64,000 bases of DNA from Patescibacteria group bacterium (GTDB lineage: Bacteria > Patescibacteriota > Patescibacteriia > S139-126 > S139-133): assembly GCA_049604715.1 (NCBI GenBank), contig JBMYTV010000004.1:22535-86534 (forward strand), written 5' to 3'. The position numbers and the translations under genes were made by a program. Numbering within the stretch: the first letter of the stretch is position 1; each line of letters begins with the position of its first letter. This document shows, piece by piece, positions 8,732-19,168 of the stretch. The notes under the pieces are model-generated. The model was not told the origin of the DNA and made no database searches. It saw only the letters and a program-made list of their open reading frames with translations.

Positions 8732-11463
8732 ACGAGAACCAACCACAAACAATTAATAGCGCAATTACACTAGTGTCATGTAAAAATGACAACGGTGATG
8801 CTGAGCACAAACGTTTGAGACGCAAGTGTGGTGGCCTTGATGTATATGCAACATGGAACAATGTAACTTTTACTTGGGGGCCAAAGTTTTCTGAAGGCGG
8901 CATGCGTGTGTGGGACATGGAGAGGGCGTTTTTCTGGTTTGTAAATATTGTACTGTTCTTCATGGCAGTTGCTGGTGTCGTAAATGCTGTTATTGTGATT
9001 ACTGTACAAGCACAGTTGATTCCTTGGCAGTACTTGTTATTCCTGCCTGAGCTTTCCTATACATGGGTTGGTATTTTAGCAGCATGTTTTGGTGCATATC
9101 GTATTTATCGCTATTCTGAAGCCAATGCTTCACTCGAGCACATTGCTCATGAGCAAGGAGCAAAAAAACAATCTGTTGAGCTCTCTAAGGTGATGAGTAA
9201 AGAAAGTTGGCAGATTCTGAGGGCGTTTTGGAAGTATTGCCATGGTCAGCAGATTGCCATAGCCCATCCTATTCATTTGTTTGCAGTTCTTTTGCAATAC
9301 CCTACGATTGGTTCGTTATTTGTGCGGCTGGGTGTTGATCAGATGAAGCTTGCTGAGATTACCAAAGCTATGGTCGCGCAGCAGTCACGTGTTCGTGAAG
9401 GTAGGGCAAGTTTGCAGATAGATCCAGTACTCAAAGAATGCTTGTTTAGAAGTGTTGGGCATGCATTGGACAAGCAACTTGATCATATCGAGCCACAGCA
9501 TTTGTTATTAGAAGTTATTGCCAAAACTCCTGTTATTCAAGATTTGTTTGATGAGCTTGATGTAAGTCAGCAAGAAATAGGTCAGATGATTGGGTGGTTT
9601 GATATTGAGCAAAAGCTACAAAGCAGATATGCACAGTTTAATCGTTTTTCAGCGCTTAGGCCAAAGTCAAACCTAAACAGATCAATGACTGCTATAGCAA
9701 CTCCTATATTGGATATGTTTTCACAGGACATTACCCAAATAGCAGCATCTGGTCGTTTGACATTCTGTATTGGCAGAAAAAGAGTTATTGATGAAGTGTT
9801 TAGACTTGCGGAAAGTGGCTCTACAAATATTGTACTAGTTGGTCCCGAGGGTGTTGGTAAATCTACGATCATTGGAGCGCTTGCTGAGCGTATGATCACA
9901 GAACAAGTTCCGGAGTTATTTAAAGATAAACGCCTTGTGGCTTTGTCTATCCCAAAGTTACTTGCAGGAGCAACTGCATCAGGTATGGTAGAGCAGCGAT
10001 TATTGGCAATCCGTGATGAGGTTATGCGATCAGGTAACATAATTTTGTTTATTGATAATGTGCATGACTTAGTAGGTGCAAGTGGTCAGGGAGATGCAGG
10101 TCTTGATACTTCAGAGTTAGTGGCACGTATTATGGAGCGCCATGAAATACCTGTGCTTGCTACAAGTAATCCAGTTGATCATCGCCGATTTATAGCAGGA
10201 AAGTCACTAGGTAGTGTACTTGAGCGAGTAGATGTGCCTGAGCCAACACCAGATGAGACAATGGCAATCATGCAGTCACAAACTAGTTTTTTTGAATACA
10301 AATATAAGGTCTACTTTTCTTTTAAATCAATGCAAAAGATTATAGAACTTGCTGATCGATATATGTATGAACATGTATTTCCAGAAAAAGCACTTCGCCT
10401 CATGGAGGAGATCGCAGTTCATATCAAAAACACACGCGGTGAAAAACAACTCATTACCGCAGAAGATGTAGCAGCTCTTGTGTCTGAGAAAGTGAATATG
10501 CCACTCACAGCAATTACGGAAACCGAAAGTGAGACATTGCTGAATTTAGAATCTATTATTCATGAGCGCCTTGTTAATCAAGAGCTTGCGGTCAAGGCTG
10601 TTGCTTCAGCGCTGAGGCGTGCCCGTACAGAGTTACGTGATACAGGTAGGCCTATTGTTAACCTCTTGTTCTTAGGCCCAACAGGTGTTGGTAAGACAGA
10701 GCTTGCAAAAACTGTTGCAGCTGTGTACTTTGGTGCTGAGTCAGAGCTACTCAGACTTGATATGTCAGAGTACCAAAACCAAAACTCGCTCGCGCGTCTT
10801 ATAGGTAGTGAGTCGGATCCAAATGGAGGATATTTAACCGAAGGCATAAAGCAAAAACCATATACAGTACTGCTTCTTGATGAGCTTGAAAAAGCACACC
10901 CTGATATTTTAAATGTATTCTTACAAGTTATGGATGATGGTCGCCTGACAGATTGGGCTGGTCAGACAGTAGATTTTACAAATGTAATTTTGATTGCAAC
11001 ATCAAATGCAGGTACGCAGTTTTTGCAAGATGAACTAAGAAAAAATACACCACTTGATGCAATCAAAGAGGCGCTTATACAAAACGAGTTAAAGGCATCA
11101 TACCGACCAGAATTTTTGAATCGTTTTGATAATATCATTGTGTTCAAACCACTAAGCCAAGAACATATCAAACAGGTTGCAGGCCTTATGCTGAAGAAAA
11201 ATGCAAAACGTTTACAAACCAAAGGAATTACTTTGGAAGTTACTGATGCTGCCCTTACTGAGATGGCGCGAGCTGGTTATGATCCACTTTACGGTGCTCG
11301 TCCAATGCGCCGGCTTATACAGGATACAGTCGATGATGCTATTGCTAAATTCCTATTGACTGGTAGTGTTAGTAGGAGAGATACTGTTGTTTTGGATGTA
11401 GGTGGCAAAATTAATGTGAAAAAGGGAAGAACCTTATACAACACATCTGCGAGGGGAACTTAA
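8727..11463 (+). CDS. membrane-anchored ClpA/ClpB-family double-AAA+ ATPase (unfoldase/disaggregase-like)
   Basis: Two N-terminal TM helices, two Clp_N-like repeats, D1 Walker A GPEGVGKST, D1 Walker B FIDNVH (E to N), D2 Walker A GPTGVGKTE, D2 Walker B LLLDELEKAHPD, sensor GARPMRRLIQD; no IGF/LGF ClpP loop. Confidence 0.8.
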
Positions 11464-11712
11464 ATGACACAACACGAGATTGATCTGGTGTATGATATTT
11501 TAGCTGATACTATTGGCTATAGCATACAAGTTATCAATCCTGATTATGTGCGCATTACCCGCTGTCCGTGTATAGTATGTCGCCGAGACATGTCAGCTAT
11601 GCGCATCGTATATATTGTTCGGCGTAACACGCCATATTTGGTTACGTATTATTGTCTAACATGTGGTTCTTTTACTGATCCAATTGATAACTATATAGAC
11701 TGCTCAAGGTGA
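11464..11712 (+). CDS. small Cys4 zinc-ribbon protein, hypothetical; translationally coupled to the Clp-like gene
   Basis: 82 aa with CPCIVC ... CLTCGS; its ATG immediately follows the TAA of the Clp-like gene. Confidence 0.4.
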   Translation: MTQHEIDLVYDILADTIGYSIQVINPDYVRITRCPCIVCRRDMSAMRIVYIVRRNTPYLVTYYCLTCGSFTDPIDNYIDCSR

Positions 11713-11726
11713 GCAGTCTTGTTTTT
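11698..11726 (+). terminator. rho-independent terminator candidate
   Basis: GACTGCTCA-AGG-TGAGCAGTC 9-bp stem followed by TTGTTTTT; overlaps the stop codon of the 11464 gene. Confidence 0.5.
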
Positions 11727-11829
11727 GGCTTGACAATATGAAACAAATATTGCAAAGATAATTAGGCTGTAACGCAGTATAGTTCTTTACTAAATAACTT
11801 AGTTCCACATTTTTCACGAGGCAAGATCC

Positions 11830-12885
11830 ATGAGATTATTTTTGCAGGTGTTGTTAATGGCAGTATTAGGGTTCAGCGTAATGGCTGATGAGTTAACGCA
11901 GCTCCAGGTGCTGCAGGGTGAAAGGGAGTCGCATTTTGGTTCTCGGATATCCACAGATAGCGGTCTGCTTGCGATAGCTGCGCCACTGAGTAATGTTGGC
12001 GGCACTGCGCATGTATATAAAATGATCAACTATGAGTACAAGAAAATAGCTGACATTTTTCGAAATAACATGCCTGGTTTTGCACTTTTTGCTCGATCAG
12101 TGTCTATACGCAAACAGTACGGTGACCAGCTTTTCTTGGCAGTGGTTGGACAAGGTGACCAGGCAGGTTTTCATCTGTATGTTGCCACAGACTTAACGCA
12201 TCGTAGTTCAGAGGATTGGCAGCTAATAAGCAGCCAGAAAATTCCTGATGGACTACAAGGTGCCCATGCAGCACAGACGTACAACAGGAACATATTTTCC
12301 AGGCCAGATCTTTCCGTCACATATGAGCTCAAAGCTGATGTTACTTTGCATGACTACTCTGTTACTACCGAGAAGGTAGACTTTGGAAATAAGCAGCGTA
12401 GATTCACTATTACCAGCGGGTTGTTTAACGGGTATTTAGTTGCCCAGGTTTTTGATAAAAAGATTTATATCAAGTACGAAGATACTGATCCGCATTTATT
12501 GGTTGACGCTGTTAGTGCTACTAGCCTAGGTCATTATATTGATGCAGATGCTACATATTTTGTTGTTACACGTGAAGAGGGCGGCGTGCATTTTGTTGAT
12601 TATTATCTTATCGCCGGTACAGCAGTTAGACGACTAGACGTTATCCGGTGTTACGAAAAACCGTATTCAGTTAGTATTGAAAACGGGCATATAGCTGTTG
12701 GGTACCGCGGCCGTTTTGATTTGTATAAGGCCAATATTTATAATAAAGTAACCCAACTTCTTACAAAAGGCGGATCAGGCAGATTCGGAGAAGAAACGCG
12801 TTTGCATTATTATTCTAAAACAATGTATGTGTTTGTTGGCAATGTGAGCAATGATACCGTGACAATTCTTAGTTTAAAGAAGTAA
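11830..12885 (+). CDS. secreted protein, hypothetical
   Basis: N-terminal signal peptide MRLFLQVLLMAVLGFSVMA; 351 aa. Confidence 0.5.
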   Translation: MRLFLQVLLMAVLGFSVMADELTQLQVLQGERESHFGSRISTDSGLLAIAAPLSNVGGTAHVYKMINYEYKKIADIFRNNMPGFALFARSVSIRKQYGDQLFLAVVGQGDQAGFHLYVATDLTHRSSEDWQLISSQKIPDGLQGAHAAQTYNRNIFSRPDLSVTYELKADVTLHDYSVTTEKVDFGNKQRRFTITSGLFNGYLVAQVFDKKIYIKYEDTDPHLLVDAVSATSLGHYIDADATYFVVTREEGGVHFVDYYLIAGTAVRRLDVIRCYEKPYSVSIENGHIAVGYRGRFDLYKANIYNKVTQLLTKGGSGRFGEETRLHYYSKTMYVFVGNVSNDTVTILSLKK

Positions 12886-12892
12886 GCTATAG

Positions 12893-12925
12893 GCAGTACC
12901 AAAGGTGCTGCTTTTATTGCTTTTA
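12893..12925 (+). terminator. terminator-like hairpin
   Basis: GCAGTACC-AAA-GGTGCTGC stem (one G.U pair) followed by TTTTATTGCTTTT. Confidence 0.35.
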
Positions 12926-12969
12926 AAAATTATTAGGTTTATTCTAATATTAGAGTATTAATTATTTTT

Positions 12970-14541
12970 ATGCCGGACAATCAACAATTAAAATCAGAGC
13001 CTAAGTTCAATACCGAACACGTAAATACAGAGTCAAAGTCACTTATTGAGCGAATGCCTCTATCAGTAACCTGGGCAGTATTTATTATATTGCTTAGTAT
13101 TTTGGGTGCGGTGGTTTATTTTGTCTTTTTTTCACCACAAAGTATGCAGTTCATGCGTAAGGACATGAGCATTTTCATTTCTGACAACTCAACAGATGTG
13201 ATGCAAGAGGACAATGCTGATGGGCAGCTAGAAGATTATGCTGAGAGCATGATTTTGTATGAAAAGCCAAAGTATCATATTTCATTTGATTATCCACAAG
13301 ATTGGACCATACAGGAAGATGATATAGACAATATATCAAATCCTGGGTTTAAAGTACGTTTAGAAAGCGCAGCTTCAGATGATAGTATGACAATTTCTGT
13401 AACAGAAAAGTATCCAAATACATTTGATTTTTTTGATCCAGTCTCTGCGCCTTCATTTGTGCCGGATGAGGAGCTATTTAAAAAGGAACATGAAAATGGT
13501 TTTTGCGACGTGTTAGCTTGTTCTGACCCATTTACCTCATTTTGGTTTGAGAAAAATGGTTATTTTTATACATTTGTAATTGATACACTAGAGCCTAGTA
13601 TGATTGATAATTTTATTTTCAAATCAGTGAAAGTAGATCCTGTATCTGGTTCTGAGTGGATTACATACACAAATGATGAATATGGATATTCTTTTGCATA
13701 CCCAGACAACTGGATATTAGAAAACGGACTAATAAACCCCACTGCAATACAGTACCATCCAATTGGCTCGAATACTGCTGCCATAAACTTTGGTGTGTAT
13801 TCTGAAAATCAGGAACTTTATAGATCAAGCGACTCAGTGTATGACTACAATCTTATAGCAAGTAGAATTGAAAAGTATGAAGATACAGCAATGGTTATAG
13901 AGTTTATCATAAATAATCATGTGTTTAGATCTTATGAGTATGTAGATGACGGTAGTCTTGAGGGCGATAGTGTTGGCGAAGTATATATGTTTGTAAGTGA
14001 TCCATTTGAAGTTGGTGGTGAAGAGTTTCGTTTGGCCTTATCCTGGATAGAGAATCCCGGGGGATACACAGAGAATCCATATGTAAAAAATACATTTATT
14101 GAGATGTTGTCTACTATCAAGATCAGTCCTGATCTACTTAAAGATGAAAGTGTGTTGTATACAAATAATAATTATGGCTTTGGTATTAATTTACCAAAGG
14201 GTTGGGAGATGCAAGAAGCATCAAGTGTTGATGGAGAGGGATTTTTTGTCTTAGAGGGAGACAAGGAAGTGCGTATACTCCCAAGTGGCGGCTTTGATAC
14301 TGGCATCACATGTTCTGCTCCTGGGGTAGGTTTTGTAGCAGGGAAGGAGACTAGAGCCACAAACTGTGATGTAAACGGAGTAATGGTTATTCATCATTTT
14401 CTCCCCAACGAAGACTTGCCGTCTGGTTGGGTTTCATGTACAGATGAGTACAAAAATTGTCACAGGATAGAGATTTATTCACCAAATGCAGGTGCTTCAA
14501 AAGAGCTTCTAGATATACTTGATACATTTACGCTTAACTAA
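12970..14541 (+). CDS. membrane-anchored extracytoplasmic protein, hypothetical
   Basis: TM helix at residues ~30-55 (WAVFIILLSILGAVVYFVFF) followed by about 470 aa of acidic sequence. Confidence 0.5.
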   Translation: MPDNQQLKSEPKFNTEHVNTESKSLIERMPLSVTWAVFIILLSILGAVVYFVFFSPQSMQFMRKDMSIFISDNSTDVMQEDNADGQLEDYAESMILYEKPKYHISFDYPQDWTIQEDDIDNISNPGFKVRLESAASDDSMTISVTEKYPNTFDFFDPVSAPSFVPDEELFKKEHENGFCDVLACSDPFTSFWFEKNGYFYTFVIDTLEPSMIDNFIFKSVKVDPVSGSEWITYTNDEYGYSFAYPDNWILENGLINPTAIQYHPIGSNTAAINFGVYSENQELYRSSDSVYDYNLIASRIEKYEDTAMVIEFIINNHVFRSYEYVDDGSLEGDSVGEVYMFVSDPFEVGGEEFRLALSWIENPGGYTENPYVKNTFIEMLSTIKISPDLLKDESVLYTNNNYGFGINLPKGWEMQEASSVDGEGFFVLEGDKEVRILPSGGFDTGITCSAPGVGFVAGKETRATNCDVNGVMVIHHFLPNEDLPSGWVSCTDEYKNCHRIEIYSPNAGASKELLDILDTFTLN

Positions 14542-14566
14542 AACTAAATATACACAGTTTAATTTC

Positions 14567-14608
14567 AATCACTGCAAGGATAGCCTTGCAGTGATTTTTG
14601 ACTTTTTT
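14567..14608 (+). terminator. rho-independent terminator
   Basis: AATCACTGCAAGG-ATAG-CCTTGCAGTGATT 13-bp stem followed by TTTGACTTTTTT. Confidence 0.6.
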
Positions 14609-14665
14609 GGCTAAAATTAGTATGATAGAAGCGAATACTTAAGTACGATAACGTACGTTTTTTAT

Positions 14666-15952
14666 ATGGTGATAGCAAAAATAGGAGATTACAAAGATAA
14701 ACAAGTAACAATAAAGGGGTGGGTTTATAATTTTCGTTCTTCAGGCAAGATCGCGTTTTTGCAAATCCGCGATGGTAGCGGCTTTATTCAGGCAATTGTT
14801 GAGAAGACAAGCGTAGACGAAGCATCATGGCAAGTAGTGCAGGAGCTAACCCAAGAATCAAGTGTATCTCTAACAGGACAGGTAAGTGAACATCCAAAAC
14901 AACCAGGTGTATATGAACTTCAAGTGACTAAGCTTGAGCTTATACAAAAAGCAGAAGAGTACCCAATTTCAAACAAAGAACATGGCCCAGAGTTTTTGCT
15001 TGATAACAGGCATTTGTGGTTGAGATCAAAAAAACAATGGGCAATTCAGCGTGTACGTAACATTATTATTAATGCTATGTACGAGTATTTGAACCAAGAA
15101 GGATTTATAAAGATCGACGCGCCTATTTTGACTCCAACATCATGCGAGGGAACAACTGAGCTTTTTGAGCTGGAATATTTTGATGAGCAAAAAGCATACC
15201 TTTCTCAGAGTGGTCAGCTCTACATAGAGGCTGGTATTTTCGCTCATGGTCGTGTGTTTGATTTTGGTCCAACTTTTCGTGCAGAAAAATCAAAAACACG
15301 TCGGCACTTATCTGAGTTTTGGATGATGGATGCAGAGGCTGCATTTGTTGAACATGCTGAGAATATGCAGATCCAGGAAGGCTTAATACAACATGTTGCC
15401 AAAAAAGTATTAGAATTAGGTTCAGAAGAACTAGCTATTTTGGAACGTGATACAGCGCCACTGGAAAAATTACAAAAACCTTTTAAGCGAATGACGCATG
15501 CAGAGGCTGTAGCATTTTTACAAAAAAACGGATCTGATATTGGCGACCGTGATGATCTTGGTGCAGATGATGAGACAAAATTAACAGAAAATAGCGATGT
15601 GCCAATTTTCGTAGAAAAGTGGCCAAAAGAAATAAAAGCATTTTATATGAAACGTGATGATAACGACGCCGATCTGGTGCTCGGGGCTGATTTGATAGCC
15701 ACCGAAGGATTTGGTGAAGTTATCGGCGGTTCCGAGCGTGAAACAGACTACTCCCTTCTTGTGAAACGAATGGAGGAAGAGAATTTGCCGCAAGAGCCGT
15801 TCCAGTGGTATTTGGATTTGCGAAAGTATGGTTCAGTCCCTCACTCAGGTTTTGGTGTCGGACTTGAGCGACTTGTCGCTTGGATGACTGGAACTCATCA
15901 TGTCCGTGAGACCATTCCATTTCCTCGTATGATTCATCGTTTAACTCCGTAA
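14666..15952 (+). CDS. asnS: class IIb aminoacyl-tRNA synthetase, most likely asparaginyl-tRNA synthetase
   Basis: N-terminal OB fold, motif 2 FRAEKSKTRRHLSEFWMMDAE, motif 3 GFGVGLERLVAWMTG; 428 aa; a bacterial-type aspS lies next door. Confidence 0.65.
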   Translation: MVIAKIGDYKDKQVTIKGWVYNFRSSGKIAFLQIRDGSGFIQAIVEKTSVDEASWQVVQELTQESSVSLTGQVSEHPKQPGVYELQVTKLELIQKAEEYPISNKEHGPEFLLDNRHLWLRSKKQWAIQRVRNIIINAMYEYLNQEGFIKIDAPILTPTSCEGTTELFELEYFDEQKAYLSQSGQLYIEAGIFAHGRVFDFGPTFRAEKSKTRRHLSEFWMMDAEAAFVEHAENMQIQEGLIQHVAKKVLELGSEELAILERDTAPLEKLQKPFKRMTHAEAVAFLQKNGSDIGDRDDLGADDETKLTENSDVPIFVEKWPKEIKAFYMKRDDNDADLVLGADLIATEGFGEVIGGSERETDYSLLVKRMEEENLPQEPFQWYLDLRKYGSVPHSGFGVGLERLVAWMTGTHHVRETIPFPRMIHRLTP

Positions 15953-15963
15953 TAATCATCCCC

Positions 15964-16458
15964 ATGATTAACCAAGCGCATTTTTCATACCCGTTTTTGT
16001 TAGCATTGCTTATTGCTATGCTTATAGGACATTCGTTTACTTTGGGGGAAGTCTTTGTCATTTTGACGGCTTCTGTTTTTCCTGATGTTGATTTTCTTTT
16101 TGGTATGTGGTCAGAGTTTAAACATCCGGAAAAGAAAGAAAGCCATCATGCGTATATTACGCATGCACCACTTGTATATGTACCGATCATTATAGTTCTT
16201 ATGGTTATTGAGATGAAACTGGGGTTACTTGTTATGTATGGGCTGCTTACACACTTTATTATGGATTCTCTTGTTGCGCCTGATGGTATTAGATGGTTAT
16301 ACCCTTTCAAGGACAAGTTTTATTTGTGGACAAAGATTACAAAAGACTTATACGGCTTTGCCTTTTTAAATAAGTATCGTAGTTTGCGTCTATACACAGT
16401 TGATAACATTGCATTTTTAGTGACGGTCGTTATTGTGGTGTACATGATAACTACTTAA
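15964..16458 (+). CDS. membrane protein, possibly metal-dependent hydrolase-like (YdjM/DUF457-like)
   Basis: 4 TM helices with conserved His and Asp positions (HSFTLG, HHAYITH, HFIMD). Confidence 0.35.
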   Translation: MINQAHFSYPFLLALLIAMLIGHSFTLGEVFVILTASVFPDVDFLFGMWSEFKHPEKKESHHAYITHAPLVYVPIIIVLMVIEMKLGLLVMYGLLTHFIMDSLVAPDGIRWLYPFKDKFYLWTKITKDLYGFAFLNKYRSLRLYTVDNIAFLVTVVIVVYMITT

Positions 16459-16468
16459 ATACATTTAT

Positions 16469-17872
16469 ATGAAAATTACTCGAAACATTGATGTAAACGA
16501 AAAAATTGGAGCAGAAGTTACGCTGTATGGCTGGGTGAACACCAGACGAAATATGGGCAAGATTGCTTTTATTGATTTACGTGATCGTAGTGCGCTTTTA
16601 CAAGTTGTACTTGTTCCAGCTGAACTTGATGAAACATCAGCAGCGCATATGCCTATGATTCGCCCTGAATATGTTTTAAAAATTACCGGCATTGTTCAAG
16701 AGCGAGGTGAAAAACAAAAAAATGCGGACCTTGCAACTGGTGGTGTAGAAGTTTTGGCAAAAAGCCTTGAGATCATAAATGAGGCTGAGACACCGCCATT
16801 TGAGATTGATAATGAAGACAGACAGGCCAATGAAGAGCTTCGTATGAAGCATCGCTATCTGGATCTCCGGCATGAGCGCATGAAAGATAATATGGTTTTG
16901 AGGCATGACATTATCAAGTATATGCGTGAGTTTTTCTATGATAAGGATTTTCTTGAAATAGAAACACCATTTATTTCTAAATCAACTCCAGAGGGTGCGC
17001 GTGACTTTTTGGTGCCATCACGAAACTGGCCAGGAAAGTTTTATGCACTCCCACAGTCACCTCAACAGTATAAGCAAATGCTTATGGTTGCAGGTATGGA
17101 AAGGTACTTCCAGATTGTTAGATGTTTCCGTGATGAAGATGCTAGAGGCGATAGGCAACCTGAGTTTACACAGCTTGATGTTGAGATGAGTTTTGTTGAA
17201 CAAGAAGATATTTTGCAGATGGTTGAGACATTGGTAAAGGGATTAGTTGAGTCAGTCACGCCAGATAAGAAGTTTACGTTTACGCCATTTAAGCGCCTTA
17301 CTTTTGACGAGGCTATGAAAGAGTATGGTACTGATAGGCCAGACCTTCGTAAAGATAAAAACGATCCAGATGAACTTGCATTTGCTTTTGTTCTAGATTT
17401 TCCTATGTTTGAGTATAAGGAAGGTGATGAGCGCTGGGGTGCAACACATCATCCATTTACATCACCACAAACAGATGACATTGAGAAACTAGATGACAAG
17501 GATAAGATGGGGGAGATTAAGGCATTTCAGTATGACTTAGTGGTAAATGGCTATGAAGTAGCTGGTGGTTCTATCAGAACGCATGATCCAAAGGTTCTAC
17601 AGCGAGTATTTGAGCTTCTTGGTCATACAGAAAAAGAAATAGAAGAACAGTTCGGTCACTTACTTGAGAGTTTCAAATACGGCGTGCCGCCACATGGAGG
17701 TGTTGCTTTTGGCCTTGATCGATTGATCATGGTTATGGCTGGCGAACCAAGCATCAGGGAGGTTATTGCCTTCCCAAAGACTACAGATAACCGTGACATT
17801 TTGATGGACGGCCCGTCTGAAGTGCCTCAAGAACAGCTTGATGAGCTTGGTCTTAGTATTAACAAGAAATAA
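16469..17872 (+). CDS. aspS: aspartyl-tRNA synthetase, bacterial type lacking the GAD insertion domain
   Basis: LPQSPQQYKQMLMVAGMERYFQIVRCFRDEDARGDRQPEFTQLDVEMSF, GGSIRTHD, GGVAFGLDRLIMVM; only 467 aa. Confidence 0.9.
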   Translation: MKITRNIDVNEKIGAEVTLYGWVNTRRNMGKIAFIDLRDRSALLQVVLVPAELDETSAAHMPMIRPEYVLKITGIVQERGEKQKNADLATGGVEVLAKSLEIINEAETPPFEIDNEDRQANEELRMKHRYLDLRHERMKDNMVLRHDIIKYMREFFYDKDFLEIETPFISKSTPEGARDFLVPSRNWPGKFYALPQSPQQYKQMLMVAGMERYFQIVRCFRDEDARGDRQPEFTQLDVEMSFVEQEDILQMVETLVKGLVESVTPDKKFTFTPFKRLTFDEAMKEYGTDRPDLRKDKNDPDELAFAFVLDFPMFEYKEGDERWGATHHPFTSPQTDDIEKLDDKDKMGEIKAFQYDLVVNGYEVAGGSIRTHDPKVLQRVFELLGHTEKEIEEQFGHLLESFKYGVPPHGGVAFGLDRLIMVMAGEPSIREVIAFPKTTDNRDILMDGPSEVPQEQLDELGLSINKK

Positions 17873-17873
17873 T

Positions 17874-18455
17874 ATGGGGCGTGTTAATAGGTTTGAGGGA
17901 GATTTTGGAAAAAATGTATCAGTTTCGCAAGAAACAGCCACTGAGAGTGCTGATGAGGTAATGAACAGAAGAATGTCAGAATTACTGGAAACAGTTTCTG
18001 AGAGTCTTGATACAGCTAGTGAAAAAGGAAAGAAAAGCTTGAGGTTGTTAATACAGACATTTGACAAGGCACAGTCAGATCATTTGTCTGGAACAGCTAG
18101 TATTCAGGATGTGGTGAGTAGTATTCTTGATATAGAAAAAAAGATGAAAGGTGCTACAGCAAAAAACATCTACTCGAATCTTATTAAGCGTGAGCACCAG
18201 ATCGCAAGTACTCTAAATAGTGTATATAAACAAAAACTGGACGAATTTGAAGTGCAGGCACAAGATGGTGCTCTTGATTTACAGGAGATTCGTGAGTGGA
18301 GTGCTGGCATAGCTCGAGATTTCAGTACGAGTGAACGTGAAATGATGGGAGATGAATACGATGCGCATGTTAAGCCAAGTCGTGAATGGTTTGAAAAAGA
18401 AGGTAATAAACGAGTGAGTGAAATTATTTTATTGCAATCTGAGGCTGCAGCATAA
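17874..18455 (+). CDS. hypothetical coiled-coil protein
   Basis: 194 aa from the internal ATG that follows the aspS stop; no motif recognised. Confidence 0.4.
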   Translation: MGRVNRFEGDFGKNVSVSQETATESADEVMNRRMSELLETVSESLDTASEKGKKSLRLLIQTFDKAQSDHLSGTASIQDVVSSILDIEKKMKGATAKNIYSNLIKREHQIASTLNSVYKQKLDEFEVQAQDGALDLQEIREWSAGIARDFSTSEREMMGDEYDAHVKPSREWFEKEGNKRVSEIILLQSEAAA

Positions 18456-18467
18456 TTATGTATTCCC

Positions 18468-19166
18468 ATGCATAGTCATATTATAAAATTACAAGCTTTT
18501 GAAGGTCCGCTGGATGCACTTTTGAAGATTATTGAGCAGCAAGAGCTTGATATATCAGAGGTGTCACTTGCGCAAGTAACTGACCAGTATTTGGCATACA
18601 TTGATACAGCAGATATTAATCCAACTGAAATAGCAGATTTTTTGCAGATAGCTGCTAAGCTTTTGCTTATCAAATCAAGAATACTCCTGCCTTTTACTGA
18701 TGAGCTTGAGGATGATGATATTCAGGACTTGGCAGAGCAACTCAAAGAACACAAAAAGTTTGTAGAGGCATCGCAGCACATAGCAAACCTCTGGTCTGAT
18801 GCAGCGCGTGCATATAGTAGAGACAAGCTTACATTACAACGACAGAGTGGATTTGTACCACCAAAGAGCGTGACCGTAGAAGTACTTTCTACAAGCATGA
18901 AACATCTTATTGATCGTTTGCAGCCAATTGTCAAACTTCCAGAAAAAACTATCCGCAAGGTTGTTTCTTTAAGAGAAAAAATCCAAGGCCTACTTACTAG
19001 GCTTGATAGTGAGAAGTCGGTTTATTTCCATGAGACATTGGAGGTGCAGGATGATTCTTCAGAAAAAATTGTGAGTTTCTTGGCTATGCTCGAACTAGTA
19101 AAGCAGCGTAAAGTAACTGTCAGTCAAGATAGCTTGTTTACTGATATAATTGTTAAAAGATTATAA
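18468..19166 (+). CDS. scpA: segregation and condensation protein A
   Basis: LQAFEGPLDALLKIIEQQELDISEVSLAQVTDQYLAYI at the N-terminus; followed by scpB. Confidence 0.8.
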   Translation: MHSHIIKLQAFEGPLDALLKIIEQQELDISEVSLAQVTDQYLAYIDTADINPTEIADFLQIAAKLLLIKSRILLPFTDELEDDDIQDLAEQLKEHKKFVEASQHIANLWSDAARAYSRDKLTLQRQSGFVPPKSVTVEVLSTSMKHLIDRLQPIVKLPEKTIRKVVSLREKIQGLLTRLDSEKSVYFHETLEVQDDSSEKIVSFLAMLELVKQRKVTVSQDSLFTDIIVKRL

Positions 19167-19168
19167 CC

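Noticed and set aside
11730-11762. TTGACA box after the Clp-operon terminator as a promoter for the 11830 gene
   Set aside because: No acceptable -10 hexamer lies at a 16-19-nt spacing (CAAAGA, AAAGAT), and GATAAT is 21 nt away; too weak to call.
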